64,000 nt of DNA. Origin: a virus. This document shows positions 1 to 8,979 of the stretch, piece by piece (position 1 is the stretch's first letter; every line of letters starts with the position of its first letter). The DNA lies in IMG/VR virus record IMGVR_UViG_3300025073_000036, positions 1 to 64,000 of that record; one strand, given 5' to 3'. Both the position numbers and the translations under genes were made by a program. Under the pieces are notes generated by a model that ran no database searches, was not told where the DNA came from, and saw only the letters and a list, made by a program, of their open reading frames with translations.

Positions 1-79
1 TTGCCCAAGGTGCCGCGGCGCAAGGATCACTGGGCGCTGGTCTAACCGTCATAGTCCTGACGGTTTCCTGTGGGTCGGA

Positions 80-98
80 TTCAAACTGTACCAGTACC
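80..98 (+). mobile_element. Possible right terminal inverted repeat of an IS1-family element that interrupts the giant gene
   Basis: The reverse complement GGTACTGGTACAGTTTGAA fits the IS1-family GGnnnTG end pattern. Codon usage in the giant-ORF frame is atypical up to position 98 and typical from 99. ATG126 has no Shine-Dalgarno (SD) sequence. Confidence 0.35.
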
Positions 99-125
99 CT
101 CAAGGAAGAGCAGCGGTTCGGCGGT

Positions 126-3100
126 ATGTCCATCTACCGCACGAAGAACGGCCGCACGTTCGCCGCACCGACGGGCGCCAACGCGCACGAGATCGTCCAG
201 GCCTGGATGCGCGAGATGCTGCACGAGGCCATGCCGACCATGCCCGAAGAGATTGCCGAGAAACACGGCATCACCGACGAGGATGAGCGGGCCAACCCCG
301 TCACACCCGGCATGGAACGAGTGCTGGGCCGCGTGCTGCGGCAGGAGGCGACCCAGGCCGTGGTCGGCAACGTCCAGCGCCTCAACAACGAGGCGCTGGG
401 GGCCATGGCGCCGGCCAAGGGGTCGAGCGCGTGGAAGTCGCTGGCCGAGCGGGCCACGCAGCAGCAGGCCGAGATGACGGCCAGCCGGCAGGGGCGCGAC
501 ACGCGGGCGCAGCAGTACCTCAACGGCCTGGACAGCAAGGCCGAGAAGAGCTACGCGCTGGCCGCCGGCATCGCCATCATGCACGGCGGGCAGGTGACTT
601 TGCCCCGGGGAAAGGCCGGCCAGGCGGCCGCCGATCTGCCCAAGGACGTGAAGATGCGCCTGCGGCGCGAGATCGCGGCGGCCATGGGTCACACCGGCCA
701 GGGAGCGGCCCCGGTCGAGATCGCCGAGACGCGCACGGACGCACCGCAGCCGGCGAGCTTGCACGAGGCGGCCCGCACCGGCCTCGCGCCCCCCGTCGAG
801 GCCACGGTGGGCGCTCGTCAGGCCCAGGTGGCCGCGCAGGCCCCGGCGGCGCCGAAGCCGGACAAGGCAAAGGCAAACGATCACGAGAGCCGGGCACGCG
901 CCTACGAGCTCACCGGCGACAAAGAAGGCGCGGCACTGCACCGAGAGGCCGCAGCCGCTCATGAGAGCGGCGCGCCCGGAGCGCAGGACGCCAGCGACAA
1001 GGCGGAGGCCTGGCGCGGCGGTTGGAATGCCGGCGCCTCCGACGATCCGGCGCAACCTGGCGCGGGCGGCAAGCACGATGAGACGTGGCAGGCCGGGCAT
1101 GCCCACGGCGCGGCATTCAGCGCGGGCGGTAGCGCCAGCGGCAAGAATCCGCACCCGGCCGGATCGACCCTGGCGGGCGCGTGGAGCCGAGGAAGTCGGG
1201 AGGGCGCTGGCGACCGAGCAGCGGAACAGAGGGCCGCCGCTGCGCTGCCGTCCAGGCCGAAACTCGTACCCTCACCTGCGCCTGAGCCGAAGGCCAGTCA
1301 GGCGCAGGTGACGCCCCCGGAAGCCCCCGCAACGCCGCAAGCCGCAGAGGCGGCCGGCCAGGCGGCGGCGGGTGGTCAGGGGATCGCCCCAATCGCCCTC
1401 AAGGGCGGGCAGGTGGGGATCGGTCAGGCCACGATCAAGCAGGACCGCCACCCGACCACCGGGGAGGCCACGCACGTCGTCAACCTCGGTTACCGGCTGG
1501 GGTCCGATCACTTCTACGACGCGGCCGCCAAGGCCCGCGAGCTCGGCGGAAGCTACGTGCGTCGGGTCGGGTTCTCGTTCTCCGATCCGGGGAAAGCCCA
1601 CGACTTCGCGCAGCACTACGCCCGCCCGCCCGCCGGGGCAAATCAGACTGCACAGGCCACGCAGACGGCCGATGCGGCGGCCCGCAAGGCCGCCGGGGTG
1701 GCTCCGCGCGCCAGCAACCTTCACCCCAGCTCGGCCGTGAGTGAGATCCAGCTCAAGGCGCACGGGGAGGCCACCGAGGCCATCAACGCCTACGCTGCCG
1801 CCGTGGACGCCGGGGCCAGCCCGAAAGAGCTGGCGGCGAAGCGAGCGGCGGCCATGCGCCGCATCGACGCGCACGCGGCGACGGACAAGCGGCAGGGCTA
1901 CAGCGGCAAGGCCACCATCCAGCAGCACGGGGCCGCGTTGCTCCGCCAGGTCGAGGGCGTCGATGGCCACGCGCACGACAAAGGCGCGGCCGCAAAGCCG
2001 GGTGCCGATCCAGAGGCGTTCGCGCGCCACATGGAGAGCATCAAAGGCGACCAGCACATGGGGGCCGATTTCAAGAACGCGGTCGACAAGGCCCTGTCCG
2101 GGCACGCTTGGCAGGTTCCGGGCGGCCAGCGGGCGGCCACGGGCGAGGTCAGCCTCGAGCAGGCCGTGCGGGCGGCGCACGACCTGCATGGCGACCCGGG
2201 CCGGCTCTCCGGCCCTGTGCATCGCGCGGCCTACGCCCTCGGCCTGCCCGTCGCACCGCGCCAAGGGTCCGAAGCGGACGTGCCGCACGCTGCCCTGCAG
2301 GCCGCCTTGCAGAAGGTCAACGACCCGAAGGCCTACACGGCGAGCTACGAAAAGGAAAAGTGGCAGGGCGAGATGAAGCGCCGGCAGAGCGTCGCCAAGG
2401 CGCTCGGTGTGCCTGTCGAGAAGGTCGGGCCGCAGATCGGCACCGACGTGACGAGCCTGAGCACCGGACTCGACGCGATCCGGGCGCGCCTGCACGACCA
2501 CAAAACCCGCGACTCGGCCAAGTCTGAGCTCGCGTGGCGGCAGGGACTCGCCGACGCCGCCGGCCACAAGGTCGATCTCTCGACGCTCGGCGAGGGCGGC
2601 AAGAAAGACGCCGCCTGGTCGGGCGAGCAGGTCGTCAACGGCAAGGGCGAGCGGTACGTGCGCCGGGGCGACAGGTGGCACAAGGTCGAGGCCAACGGCG
2701 CCGTGGCCGACTGGGGCCAGCATCGCAACGAGATCGAGGGGGGCCAGACGTGGAAGGGGCAGTCGGTATCGACCGCCGACTTGCACAACGCGACCGCGAA
2801 CGAGGTGGCGCGTTCCCCCAACGCCAAGGCCGATCTCATGGCCGCGCTGCGGGGCCATGCCGGCCACGCTTTCGGGCGGCCCATCGAGTCGAAGGGCGGC
2901 GGGGCGCTGCCGTTCGATCATGTCGTCCAGGCGATGAACATGGTGGAAGGCCGGCGCGGCCGGAAGGAAGAACCGACGCCCTGGCACGAGTACATGAGCG
3001 ACGATCAGCTCAAGGCCGTGCACGCCATGCCCGGCGTCGCCGGTGTGATCTCGGCAGGGGTGCAGAACGAGATGGAGGCGCGCGAGCACGTCGGCCTGGG

Positions 3101-4283
3101 CGCCGCCGTGCAGAGCACGCCCGCCGAGGTCGAGCTCAAGAACGCCGCCGGCACCAAGGTCAAGACCGCGAAGGCCGAGACCGCGCATGGCCTGGCCGTC
3201 CACAAAACGCTCGACGACAAGGGCTGGATCGTCACGCACCACGGCAGCGGTCAGGCCGTGACCGACCCGACAAAGACGAAGGGCGAGGCCATGCAGGCCT
3301 TGGCTCTCTTCCGCAAGCACTACGGGGCCGATCTGCCGGCGAACGCGGCAAAGGTGGACCACGCGAAGGGGGTGGCCGCCCAGGAGATCGTCAACCGCCA
3401 CATCCATTCCGGCATCGCCGCCCGCTCGGTGGCCCTGACCGGAGGCGAGCGCACCGCCAGCGCCTCGCACGTCCAGGCCAACGACGCGCTGCGGAGGATG
3501 GCGACCGAAGAGGTCCCGCGCGCCAAGGCGCCCGGGAAGGAAGAGCCGAAGGCCCTGACGCCGGAACAGGCCCGAAAGCGGCTCGGCACGTTCGCCAGCA
3601 AGGAAGAGAGCCGACCGAACCTCAACGGCTACTACGTGGGCGCTGGCGCCGATCACGGGGTCGCCACGGACGGACACCGCCTCGCCACGATCCCCGTGGC
3701 CGGGCACGACGTTCAGAACGAGGGGGCCAAGGAAGGGGCGATCTACCGGCACCAGCACCCCAAGGGCCACGAGGCCGCGCGCGAGAAATACGCCGCGCAA
3801 CAGCTCGCGTCCGGCACATCGCCCGAGGCGGTCGAGAAGTGGAAGGCCGGCTGGGATCGCGACACCGGCGCTGGCTCCAAGGTCGACGCGGCCTTCCCCG
3901 ACTACACCCAGGTCGTGCGCAAGCGCGGGACGCAGGCCGAGGACCACATCGACCCGAAGCGGCTGCGGGACGTGCTCACCCACGCGAGCACCCTTTCGTC
4001 CACACGAACGCACGGGGTCATCCTGTCGCGCGAAGGCGGCAAGGTGTACGTCGGGGTCGGCGGTCCGGGGAACGACGTTGCCCCGGAGCACATCCGGGTG
4101 CAGGTCGGTCACACCGACCACCCGGACGGCAAGCTCGCGGTGCACTCCGGCTATCTCGGCGAGGCCGCCAAGGGGGCCAAGGACACCTTGGCCGTCGGCT
4201 GGGACAGTGACGAGCCGCTGGCGCCCATGAGCCTGCACCGCACGGACGGTGAGCACCACACCATCATGCCCCTGCGCATGTGA
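126..4283 (+). CDS. Giant polyvalent head-region protein with C-terminal beta-clamp-like module; frame is open to the window start, so the true N-terminus may lie upstream
   Basis: 1385-aa Ala/His/Lys-rich ORF. The C-terminus has DnaN motifs FASKEESRPNLNG, VATDGHRLA, FPDYTQV and terminal IMPLRM. It lies immediately upstream of the protease/capsid genes. Confidence 0.8.
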   Translation: MSIYRTKNGRTFAAPTGANAHEIVQAWMREMLHEAMPTMPEEIAEKHGITDEDERANPVTPGMERVLGRVLRQEATQAVVGNVQRLNNEALGAMAPAKGSSAWKSLAERATQQQAEMTASRQGRDTRAQQYLNGLDSKAEKSYALAAGIAIMHGGQVTLPRGKAGQAAADLPKDVKMRLRREIAAAMGHTGQGAAPVEIAETRTDAPQPASLHEAARTGLAPPVEATVGARQAQVAAQAPAAPKPDKAKANDHESRARAYELTGDKEGAALHREAAAAHESGAPGAQDASDKAEAWRGGWNAGASDDPAQPGAGGKHDETWQAGHAHGAAFSAGGSASGKNPHPAGSTLAGAWSRGSREGAGDRAAEQRAAAALPSRPKLVPSPAPEPKASQAQVTPPEAPATPQAAEAAGQAAAGGQGIAPIALKGGQVGIGQATIKQDRHPTTGEATHVVNLGYRLGSDHFYDAAAKARELGGSYVRRVGFSFSDPGKAHDFAQHYARPPAGANQTAQATQTADAAARKAAGVAPRASNLHPSSAVSEIQLKAHGEATEAINAYAAAVDAGASPKELAAKRAAAMRRIDAHAATDKRQGYSGKATIQQHGAALLRQVEGVDGHAHDKGAAAKPGADPEAFARHMESIKGDQHMGADFKNAVDKALSGHAWQVPGGQRAATGEVSLEQAVRAAHDLHGDPGRLSGPVHRAAYALGLPVAPRQGSEADVPHAALQAALQKVNDPKAYTASYEKEKWQGEMKRRQSVAKALGVPVEKVGPQIGTDVTSLSTGLDAIRARLHDHKTRDSAKSELAWRQGLADAAGHKVDLSTLGEGGKKDAAWSGEQVVNGKGERYVRRGDRWHKVEANGAVADWGQHRNEIEGGQTWKGQSVSTADLHNATANEVARSPNAKADLMAALRGHAGHAFGRPIESKGGGALPFDHVVQAMNMVEGRRGRKEEPTPWHEYMSDDQLKAVHAMPGVAGVISAGVQNEMEAREHVGLGAAVQSTPAEVELKNAAGTKVKTAKAETAHGLAVHKTLDDKGWIVTHHGSGQAVTDPTKTKGEAMQALALFRKHYGADLPANAAKVDHAKGVAAQEIVNRHIHSGIAARSVALTGGERTASASHVQANDALRRMATEEVPRAKAPGKEEPKALTPEQARKRLGTFASKEESRPNLNGYYVGAGADHGVATDGHRLATIPVAGHDVQNEGAKEGAIYRHQHPKGHEAAREKYAAQQLASGTSPEAVEKWKAGWDRDTGAGSKVDAAFPDYTQVVRKRGTQAEDHIDPKRLRDVLTHASTLSSTRTHGVILSREGGKVYVGVGGPGNDVAPEHIRVQVGHTDHPDGKLAVHSGYLGEAAKGAKDTLAVGWDSDEPLAPMSLHRTDGEHHTIMPLRM

Positions 4284-4307
4284 CCGGCCTGTGAGAAGCT
4301 GCGTCAG

Positions 4308-4574
4308 GTGAGCGACACGCCGGCCATCCGCTGCCCGCACTGCGGCGCGCACTTCTCGCACGCCGTCGAGGGCAAGGTGAAGCTGCGGGTGCGGCTCATC
4401 GCCTTCGGTCCGGACGGGCGCGGTGAGGTCCACTGCTCGAGCTGCGGGCGGGACGTGCCGTTGCCGGTGACGCTTGGCGAGAGCCACCGGCCGAAGACAC
4501 CACCGCCCCGAGCGCGGTCCCAGGTGCGGTTCGTCCTGCCGAAGGGCTTGACAGCGCGCCCGGGCACCTCATAG
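4308..4574 (+). CDS. Small zinc-ribbon protein, Mu Com-like regulator
   Basis: IRCPHC-x29-CSSC in 88 aa, directly upstream of the prohead protease. Confidence 0.6.
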   Translation: MSDTPAIRCPHCGAHFSHAVEGKVKLRVRLIAFGPDGRGEVHCSSCGRDVPLPVTLGESHRPKTPPPRARSQVRFVLPKGLTARPGTS

Positions 4575-4577
4575 CGT
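4548..4577 (+). promoter_or_regulatory. Sigma70-type promoter for head genes
   Basis: TTGACA-N18-TAGCGT; the same TTGACAGC-N16-TAGCGTCG occurs at 51813-51844. Confidence 0.55.
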
Positions 4578-4636
4578 CGGGGCTCGACAGGCGCGTGATG
4601 CGCAACTGAGGTGGCCTAGTCCTGACGGGACACGAG

Positions 4637-4669
4637 AGGCGGCCGGGTTTTGACCCGTGCCGCCTTTTT
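4637..4669 (+). terminator. Intrinsic terminator/attenuator in the protease leader
   Basis: AGGCGGC-CGGG-ttttga-CCCG-t-GCCGCCT followed by a T run. Confidence 0.65.
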
Positions 4670-4685
4670 GCGTTTTGGGGGGTCG

Positions 4686-5603
4686 GTGTTTCGAGGGGGA
4701 GCAATCAACAGCGCGAGGACAGCGGCCGCCGAGGGCGGCTGCGCGGTCCTGCACGCCTGGATGCCCTTCGAGGCCTTCGAGAAGGCCGGGGCGTCGGCCG
4801 CCAAACGCCTGCGCATCCGGGGCGTGATCAGCACCGAGCACCGCGACCGCCACGGCGAGCTGGTCAAGCAGGACGGCCTCGACTTCGGGCCGATCCTGGC
4901 CGGGTACGGCTGGCTCAACGACGGCCACGACTCGCGCAGCGGCGCCGAGCTCGGCATCCCCGAGCGCATCTACCGGGTGACCGTGCCCGGCCCGGACGGC
5001 AAGCCGATCAAGGCGACGGCGATGGAGGGCTACCTGCTCGACACGCCGCGCGGGCGGGCCATTTGGGAGAACAGCAAAGCCCTGCGCGGGACCGGCCGCT
5101 CGCTCGGCTTTTCGGTCGAGGGCGGGGTGCTCGAGCGGGCCTGTGGCTGCAGCGCGCGCAACCCGGGGGCGATGTGCCTCAATCCCACGGCGCACAAAGA
5201 CGTGGAGCGCGCGCTCGTCAAGCAGATCGCCATCACCCGCGTGCCCGTCAACCCGCACACCACGCTCGAGCCGCTGGCGAAGAGCCTGGACGCCACCATG
5301 CGCGCGGTGTGGGCCAAGGCCATGAGCGTCGGCTACCCTACGCAGGTGCCCGGCATGGGCGCGCCTGGCGCGCTCGGCCCCACGGTGCCGCAGGGCTGGA
5401 CTCGGCCGACGGTGCAGGTATTCGACGGCGTCCCGTTCGATTGGGAGGCCTTCAACCAAACCGGTTCGTCCCGGGCAGCCGTTCAGTCGGCGCGAGGGGG
5501 ACGCACTCTGACCAAGGGCGAGGCGGAGGCGTTCATCCGCGCCCGGCTCCCCAACGCCTCGACTGCGCAGGTGCGGGCGCTGCTCGACCGCGCGGCGATC
5601 TGA
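4686..5603 (+). CDS. Prohead (capsid maturation) protease, SPO1/Twort-like; start uncertain (TTG4650, GTG4686 or other)
   Basis: IRGVISTEHRDRHGE, GWLNDGH, LGFSVEG, IAITRVPVNPHT motifs; located before scaffold and capsid. Confidence 0.88.
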   Translation: MFRGGAINSARTAAAEGGCAVLHAWMPFEAFEKAGASAAKRLRIRGVISTEHRDRHGELVKQDGLDFGPILAGYGWLNDGHDSRSGAELGIPERIYRVTVPGPDGKPIKATAMEGYLLDTPRGRAIWENSKALRGTGRSLGFSVEGGVLERACGCSARNPGAMCLNPTAHKDVERALVKQIAITRVPVNPHTTLEPLAKSLDATMRAVWAKAMSVGYPTQVPGMGAPGALGPTVPQGWTRPTVQVFDGVPFDWEAFNQTGSSRAAVQSARGGRTLTKGEAEAFIRARLPNASTAQVRALLDRAAI

Positions 5604-5621
5604 CAGGAAGGGAACGATCCG

Positions 5622-6428
5622 ATGCGCAACTGCCACAAGATGCTGCTCGCCAAGGCCAAAGGGGGCGACAAGCACGCCTTCGCCTGCCTCAAGTCGATGG
5701 CCGACGACGACGACGACGACGGCGCCCGCGAGGCCCTGAGCGAGCTCGACCCGGAAAACGACGGCAACGGGGCCGATCCGGACGACGACCTCGACAAGGC
5801 CGAGCAGGGCAACCTCTTCGACCTCGACGCCCTCGACGGTGAGCTGCGTCAGCTCGAGCCGTTCGCCAAGGGCGAAGGCGCGCCCGACATGCCCTCCGGG
5901 GCCGACCTGCTCGGCGGCCAGCCGGAGATTCAGGCGGCGGCCGCGATGGACGCGGGCGATTTCGTCAAGGCCATGGTCGACGCCAACGTGCAGGCCATCG
6001 ACCGCCTGGGCGACGGCGTGCTGTGGAACGCTTCGGCCGTCGAGGCCTTGGCCAAGGGCCAGATCGCCCAGGGCGAGCTCATCCACAAGTTCGTGGGCCT
6101 GCTCGGCGAGATGCAGGCGGGCCTCGACACGCTGAACAAGGCCCTGAGCTCGCGTGGAGCCGGGCCGGTGGGCGCGCAGACGCCGCAGCAGCTCGCGGCC
6201 CTCCAGGCGCAGCGCCGGGCGGCCGTCCAGGGCGCCGGTGGCGGCGCGGGCGGCGCGCCGCAGCGCCAGGCGGGCAAGCCGTCCGAGCTCAACGACCTGC
6301 AGAAGTCGTTGCGGACCATGCGCGCGACGGAGACCAACGAAGACGTGCTCGGCCGGATCAACGACGCCCTCGAGGACCTGACCATCGGGAACCTCGAGCG
6401 CGCCCGGTCGCTGGTGCGAAGCAAGTAA
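5622..6428 (+). CDS. Putative capsid scaffolding protein
   Basis: Acidic and helical, many LxK-A/S/G motifs, between protease and capsid. Confidence 0.65.
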   Translation: MRNCHKMLLAKAKGGDKHAFACLKSMADDDDDDGAREALSELDPENDGNGADPDDDLDKAEQGNLFDLDALDGELRQLEPFAKGEGAPDMPSGADLLGGQPEIQAAAAMDAGDFVKAMVDANVQAIDRLGDGVLWNASAVEALAKGQIAQGELIHKFVGLLGEMQAGLDTLNKALSSRGAGPVGAQTPQQLAALQAQRRAAVQGAGGGAGGAPQRQAGKPSELNDLQKSLRTMRATETNEDVLGRINDALEDLTIGNLERARSLVRSK

Positions 6429-6436
6429 CCGACACC

Positions 6437-6485
6437 CCGCCGACCGAGGGGTTGGCGGAAGACACCGCAGCGGCGCCGCCGCTGC
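6437..6485 (+). promoter_or_regulatory. Twin stem-loops in the capsid gene leader
   Basis: CCGCCGACC-gagg-GGTTGGCGG and GCAGCGGC-gcc-GCCGCTGC upstream of SD GAGGGGG. Confidence 0.4.
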
Positions 6486-6504
6486 CCATGAGGGGGTTTC
6501 GACA

Positions 6505-8016
6505 ATGAACGACGTGGCGCTCCCCAGCGACATTTTCGGCGGCGCGGCCGAGGTCTCGGCCGGCGACGTGGCCAGCGCGCTCGGCTTCGGCGGGGTCAAC
6601 GACCTGCTCAAGGCCATGACGGTCGGCGACCAGTTCCCGGCCACCATCGGCGAGCTCTCGCCGGGCGCCATGATGGCGACGGTGCCGCAGGATCTCGACG
6701 ACGTGCTGCACAACGCCAGCTTCGGCGACCGGCAGATCGTGCTTCAGAAGATGCTGAAGACCGACAAGGTCTGGTCGACGGTCCACCAGTACGTCCGCAA
6801 GCACTCGCCCGGCTCGGCCGGCCGGCGCTTCATGTTCCACCGCGAGGGCGGGCTGCCGGTCGAATCCGACTCGACCTACAGCCTCGAGTCGCTGGCGATG
6901 AAGTACCTCGGTGCCGTGCGCCGCCTGCCCATCCAGGCCCGCCTGGTGAAGTCGGTGGCCGGCGACGCGGTCAAGAACCAGAACAAGGACGGCGCGCTCG
7001 AGATCCTGGCCTCGCTCGAGTGGCACCTGTTCTACGGCAACAGCGCCACCAACCCGCTCGCCTTCGACGGGATCAAGACGATCATGAAGCGCGAGGGCAT
7101 CCTGCTGGACGCCCGCGCTGCCACGCCGAGCGAGAGCCTGCTCGACGAGGCCATGAGCAAGGTGTGCGAGCGCCCCAACTGGGGCTACCCCACGCACCTG
7201 ATGTCCAGCTCGGCCGTCAACCGCACCCTGCGGCAGACCTACGCCGGCCGCATCCGGGCCATGATGGGCGACAAGTTCCACCCGAACTACCAGCTCAAGG
7301 GCATGGTGTACGACCACTGCGCCGACGGCGACGAGGTCAAGATCATCAAGCACCCGCTGGTGATCGAGGAATCCGGCCTGCCCGACGAGCGCGGCGCCGG
7401 CCCGGACCCGTCCAGCCGTCCGGTCGAACCGCTCATCGTGGTGCAGCCGGCCAGCGGCGCGGCCGGGGCGAACCGCTCCGATTTCGTCGCCAACGACGCC
7501 GGGGCCTACTACTACCGGATCGTGGCCCTGAACGGCGGTGGCATGTCCAAGCCGGTCACGACCAACGCGGTCAACGCGGTGGCCGGCCAGGTCATCAGCA
7601 TCACGATCCGCGACGGCGCGGTCCCGGGCAGCAAGCAGGCCGCCACGGCCTTCATGATCTACCGCACCGAGAAGGGCGGCGCGGCCACGACCGCGAAGTA
7701 CATCACCGAGGTGGCGGTGGCGGCCAACAACGCCGACACCGTTTTCATCGACGGCAACGGAGATCTGCCGGGCTGCTCCGACATCTTCATCCTGTCGAAC
7801 GACAGCGAAGCCATCGAGATCAAGCAACTCCTGCCGTTCTTCAACTTCCCCCTCGGGAACATGGACACGTCCTACCGCTGGGCGCTGCTCCTGTTCCTGG
7901 CCCTCAAGATCGCGCTGCCCCGCAAGCACTGCGTCATCAAGAACGTGAAGCCCGACGCGCAGCTCATCCAGCTCGTCGGTTCGGGCGATCAGAGCGGCCC
8001 GCAGCAGCACGTCTGA
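6505..8016 (+). CDS. Major capsid protein, Herelleviridae (SPO1/Twort)-like
   Basis: DLLKAM, QDLDDVL, STVHQY, REGGLP..SDS, MKYLG, LEWHLFYGNS...LAFDGI, YYYRIVALN motifs. Confidence 0.92.
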   Translation: MNDVALPSDIFGGAAEVSAGDVASALGFGGVNDLLKAMTVGDQFPATIGELSPGAMMATVPQDLDDVLHNASFGDRQIVLQKMLKTDKVWSTVHQYVRKHSPGSAGRRFMFHREGGLPVESDSTYSLESLAMKYLGAVRRLPIQARLVKSVAGDAVKNQNKDGALEILASLEWHLFYGNSATNPLAFDGIKTIMKREGILLDARAATPSESLLDEAMSKVCERPNWGYPTHLMSSSAVNRTLRQTYAGRIRAMMGDKFHPNYQLKGMVYDHCADGDEVKIIKHPLVIEESGLPDERGAGPDPSSRPVEPLIVVQPASGAAGANRSDFVANDAGAYYYRIVALNGGGMSKPVTTNAVNAVAGQVISITIRDGAVPGSKQAATAFMIYRTEKGGAATTAKYITEVAVAANNADTVFIDGNGDLPGCSDIFILSNDSEAIEIKQLLPFFNFPLGNMDTSYRWALLLFLALKIALPRKHCVIKNVKPDAQLIQLVGSGDQSGPQQHV

Positions 8017-8066
8017 TCGGCAACCCCTGACGCGGGCGGCCCGGCCGCCCTCATGGAGCCCCCACC

Positions 8067-8480
8067 ATGAAGTTCCGCGCCCTCCACGCCCACGTCCGGG
8101 GACCGATCCACGCCTGCGATCCGGTCACGGACGAGGCCCGCGTTTTCGAGGTCGTGCCATCGCCCGACCTGCCGGACATCGGCCAGATCGGGAACCTCTC
8201 GCCCGGGTGGGCCGACTACTTCCGCCGCTGCGGGGACTGGCGGGTCGAGGAAGACCGCGACGCCCCCCAGGACAAGGCGCCCGCTGCGCCCGAAGGCGGC
8301 CAGGAAGGCGACGGCGGGGGCGCTCCTGCGGGGGGCCGAGGGGCGCCCCCGCCGGAGTCTGCCGAGAACGGCGCCCCGGCGGGCCAGGAAGGCGCCCCGG
8401 TGGCCGACGGCGCGGAGGTTGCGGCCGACGACGCCGACGCCTCCGCCCGGGGCCGCAGCGGCGCGCGGAAGGGGCGCTAA
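8067..8480 (+). CDS. Hypothetical post-capsid protein
   Basis: ORF with GGAG SD and a low-complexity C-terminus. Confidence 0.6.
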   Translation: MKFRALHAHVRGPIHACDPVTDEARVFEVVPSPDLPDIGQIGNLSPGWADYFRRCGDWRVEEDRDAPQDKAPAAPEGGQEGDGGGAPAGGRGAPPPESAENGAPAGQEGAPVADGAEVAADDADASARGRSGARKGR

Positions 8481-8483
8481 CCG

Positions 8484-8978
8484 ATGGCCTTGACGCCCAC
8501 CGAGATCCTGCGCGCGCTCGACCGTGCGGCCCAGGCCGTGGTCCGCAACGAGCTCGCGCGGGCCTTCTCGCGCTTCTCCAACGCGCTGCACGTCGTCAGC
8601 GGTACGGGTTTCCCCGCCTACACGCAGGGCGATCCGTTCCGCGACAACGACAGCCGCGACCCCATCTTCGCCCTGGCGCTCGCCGTGGCCAACGCGGCTC
8701 CGGCCGCCGAGGGCGCCGGTTTCGACTGCCAGGCCTTCGGGGCGGTGCGCCTGCACTGGCGCAACACCAACGCCGGCACACGCACCAGCATCGACTTCGA
8801 CGTGTGGGCGGAGACCCGGCTCGGCTGGGTCCTGCTCGACGGCGAGAGCAAGGCCGGGCTGACCGAAGCCCGTGAGGTCCGCATCGCCAGCGCCGGCTAC
8901 CGGCGCCTCTACATCCGTGTCTCCGCCCTTAACGGTGGGGCAGGTGAGGCCACCGTCTACCTGGGCGGAGAGCCATGA
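8484..8978 (+). CDS. Hypothetical virion protein
   Basis: In-operon ORF with a beta-rich C-terminus. Confidence 0.6.
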   Translation: MALTPTEILRALDRAAQAVVRNELARAFSRFSNALHVVSGTGFPAYTQGDPFRDNDSRDPIFALALAVANAAPAAEGAGFDCQAFGAVRLHWRNTNAGTRTSIDFDVWAETRLGWVLLDGESKAGLTEAREVRIASAGYRRLYIRVSALNGGAGEATVYLGGEP

Positions 8979-8979
8979 G

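Noticed and set aside
44-65. TAGTCCTGACGG shared with 4617-4628; also resembles the group I intron S motif (ATAGTCC)
   Set aside because: Only two copies, with different folding contexts. A 12-mer match can be chance, no intron core is visible, and the first copy is explained as a hairpin inside the putative IS.
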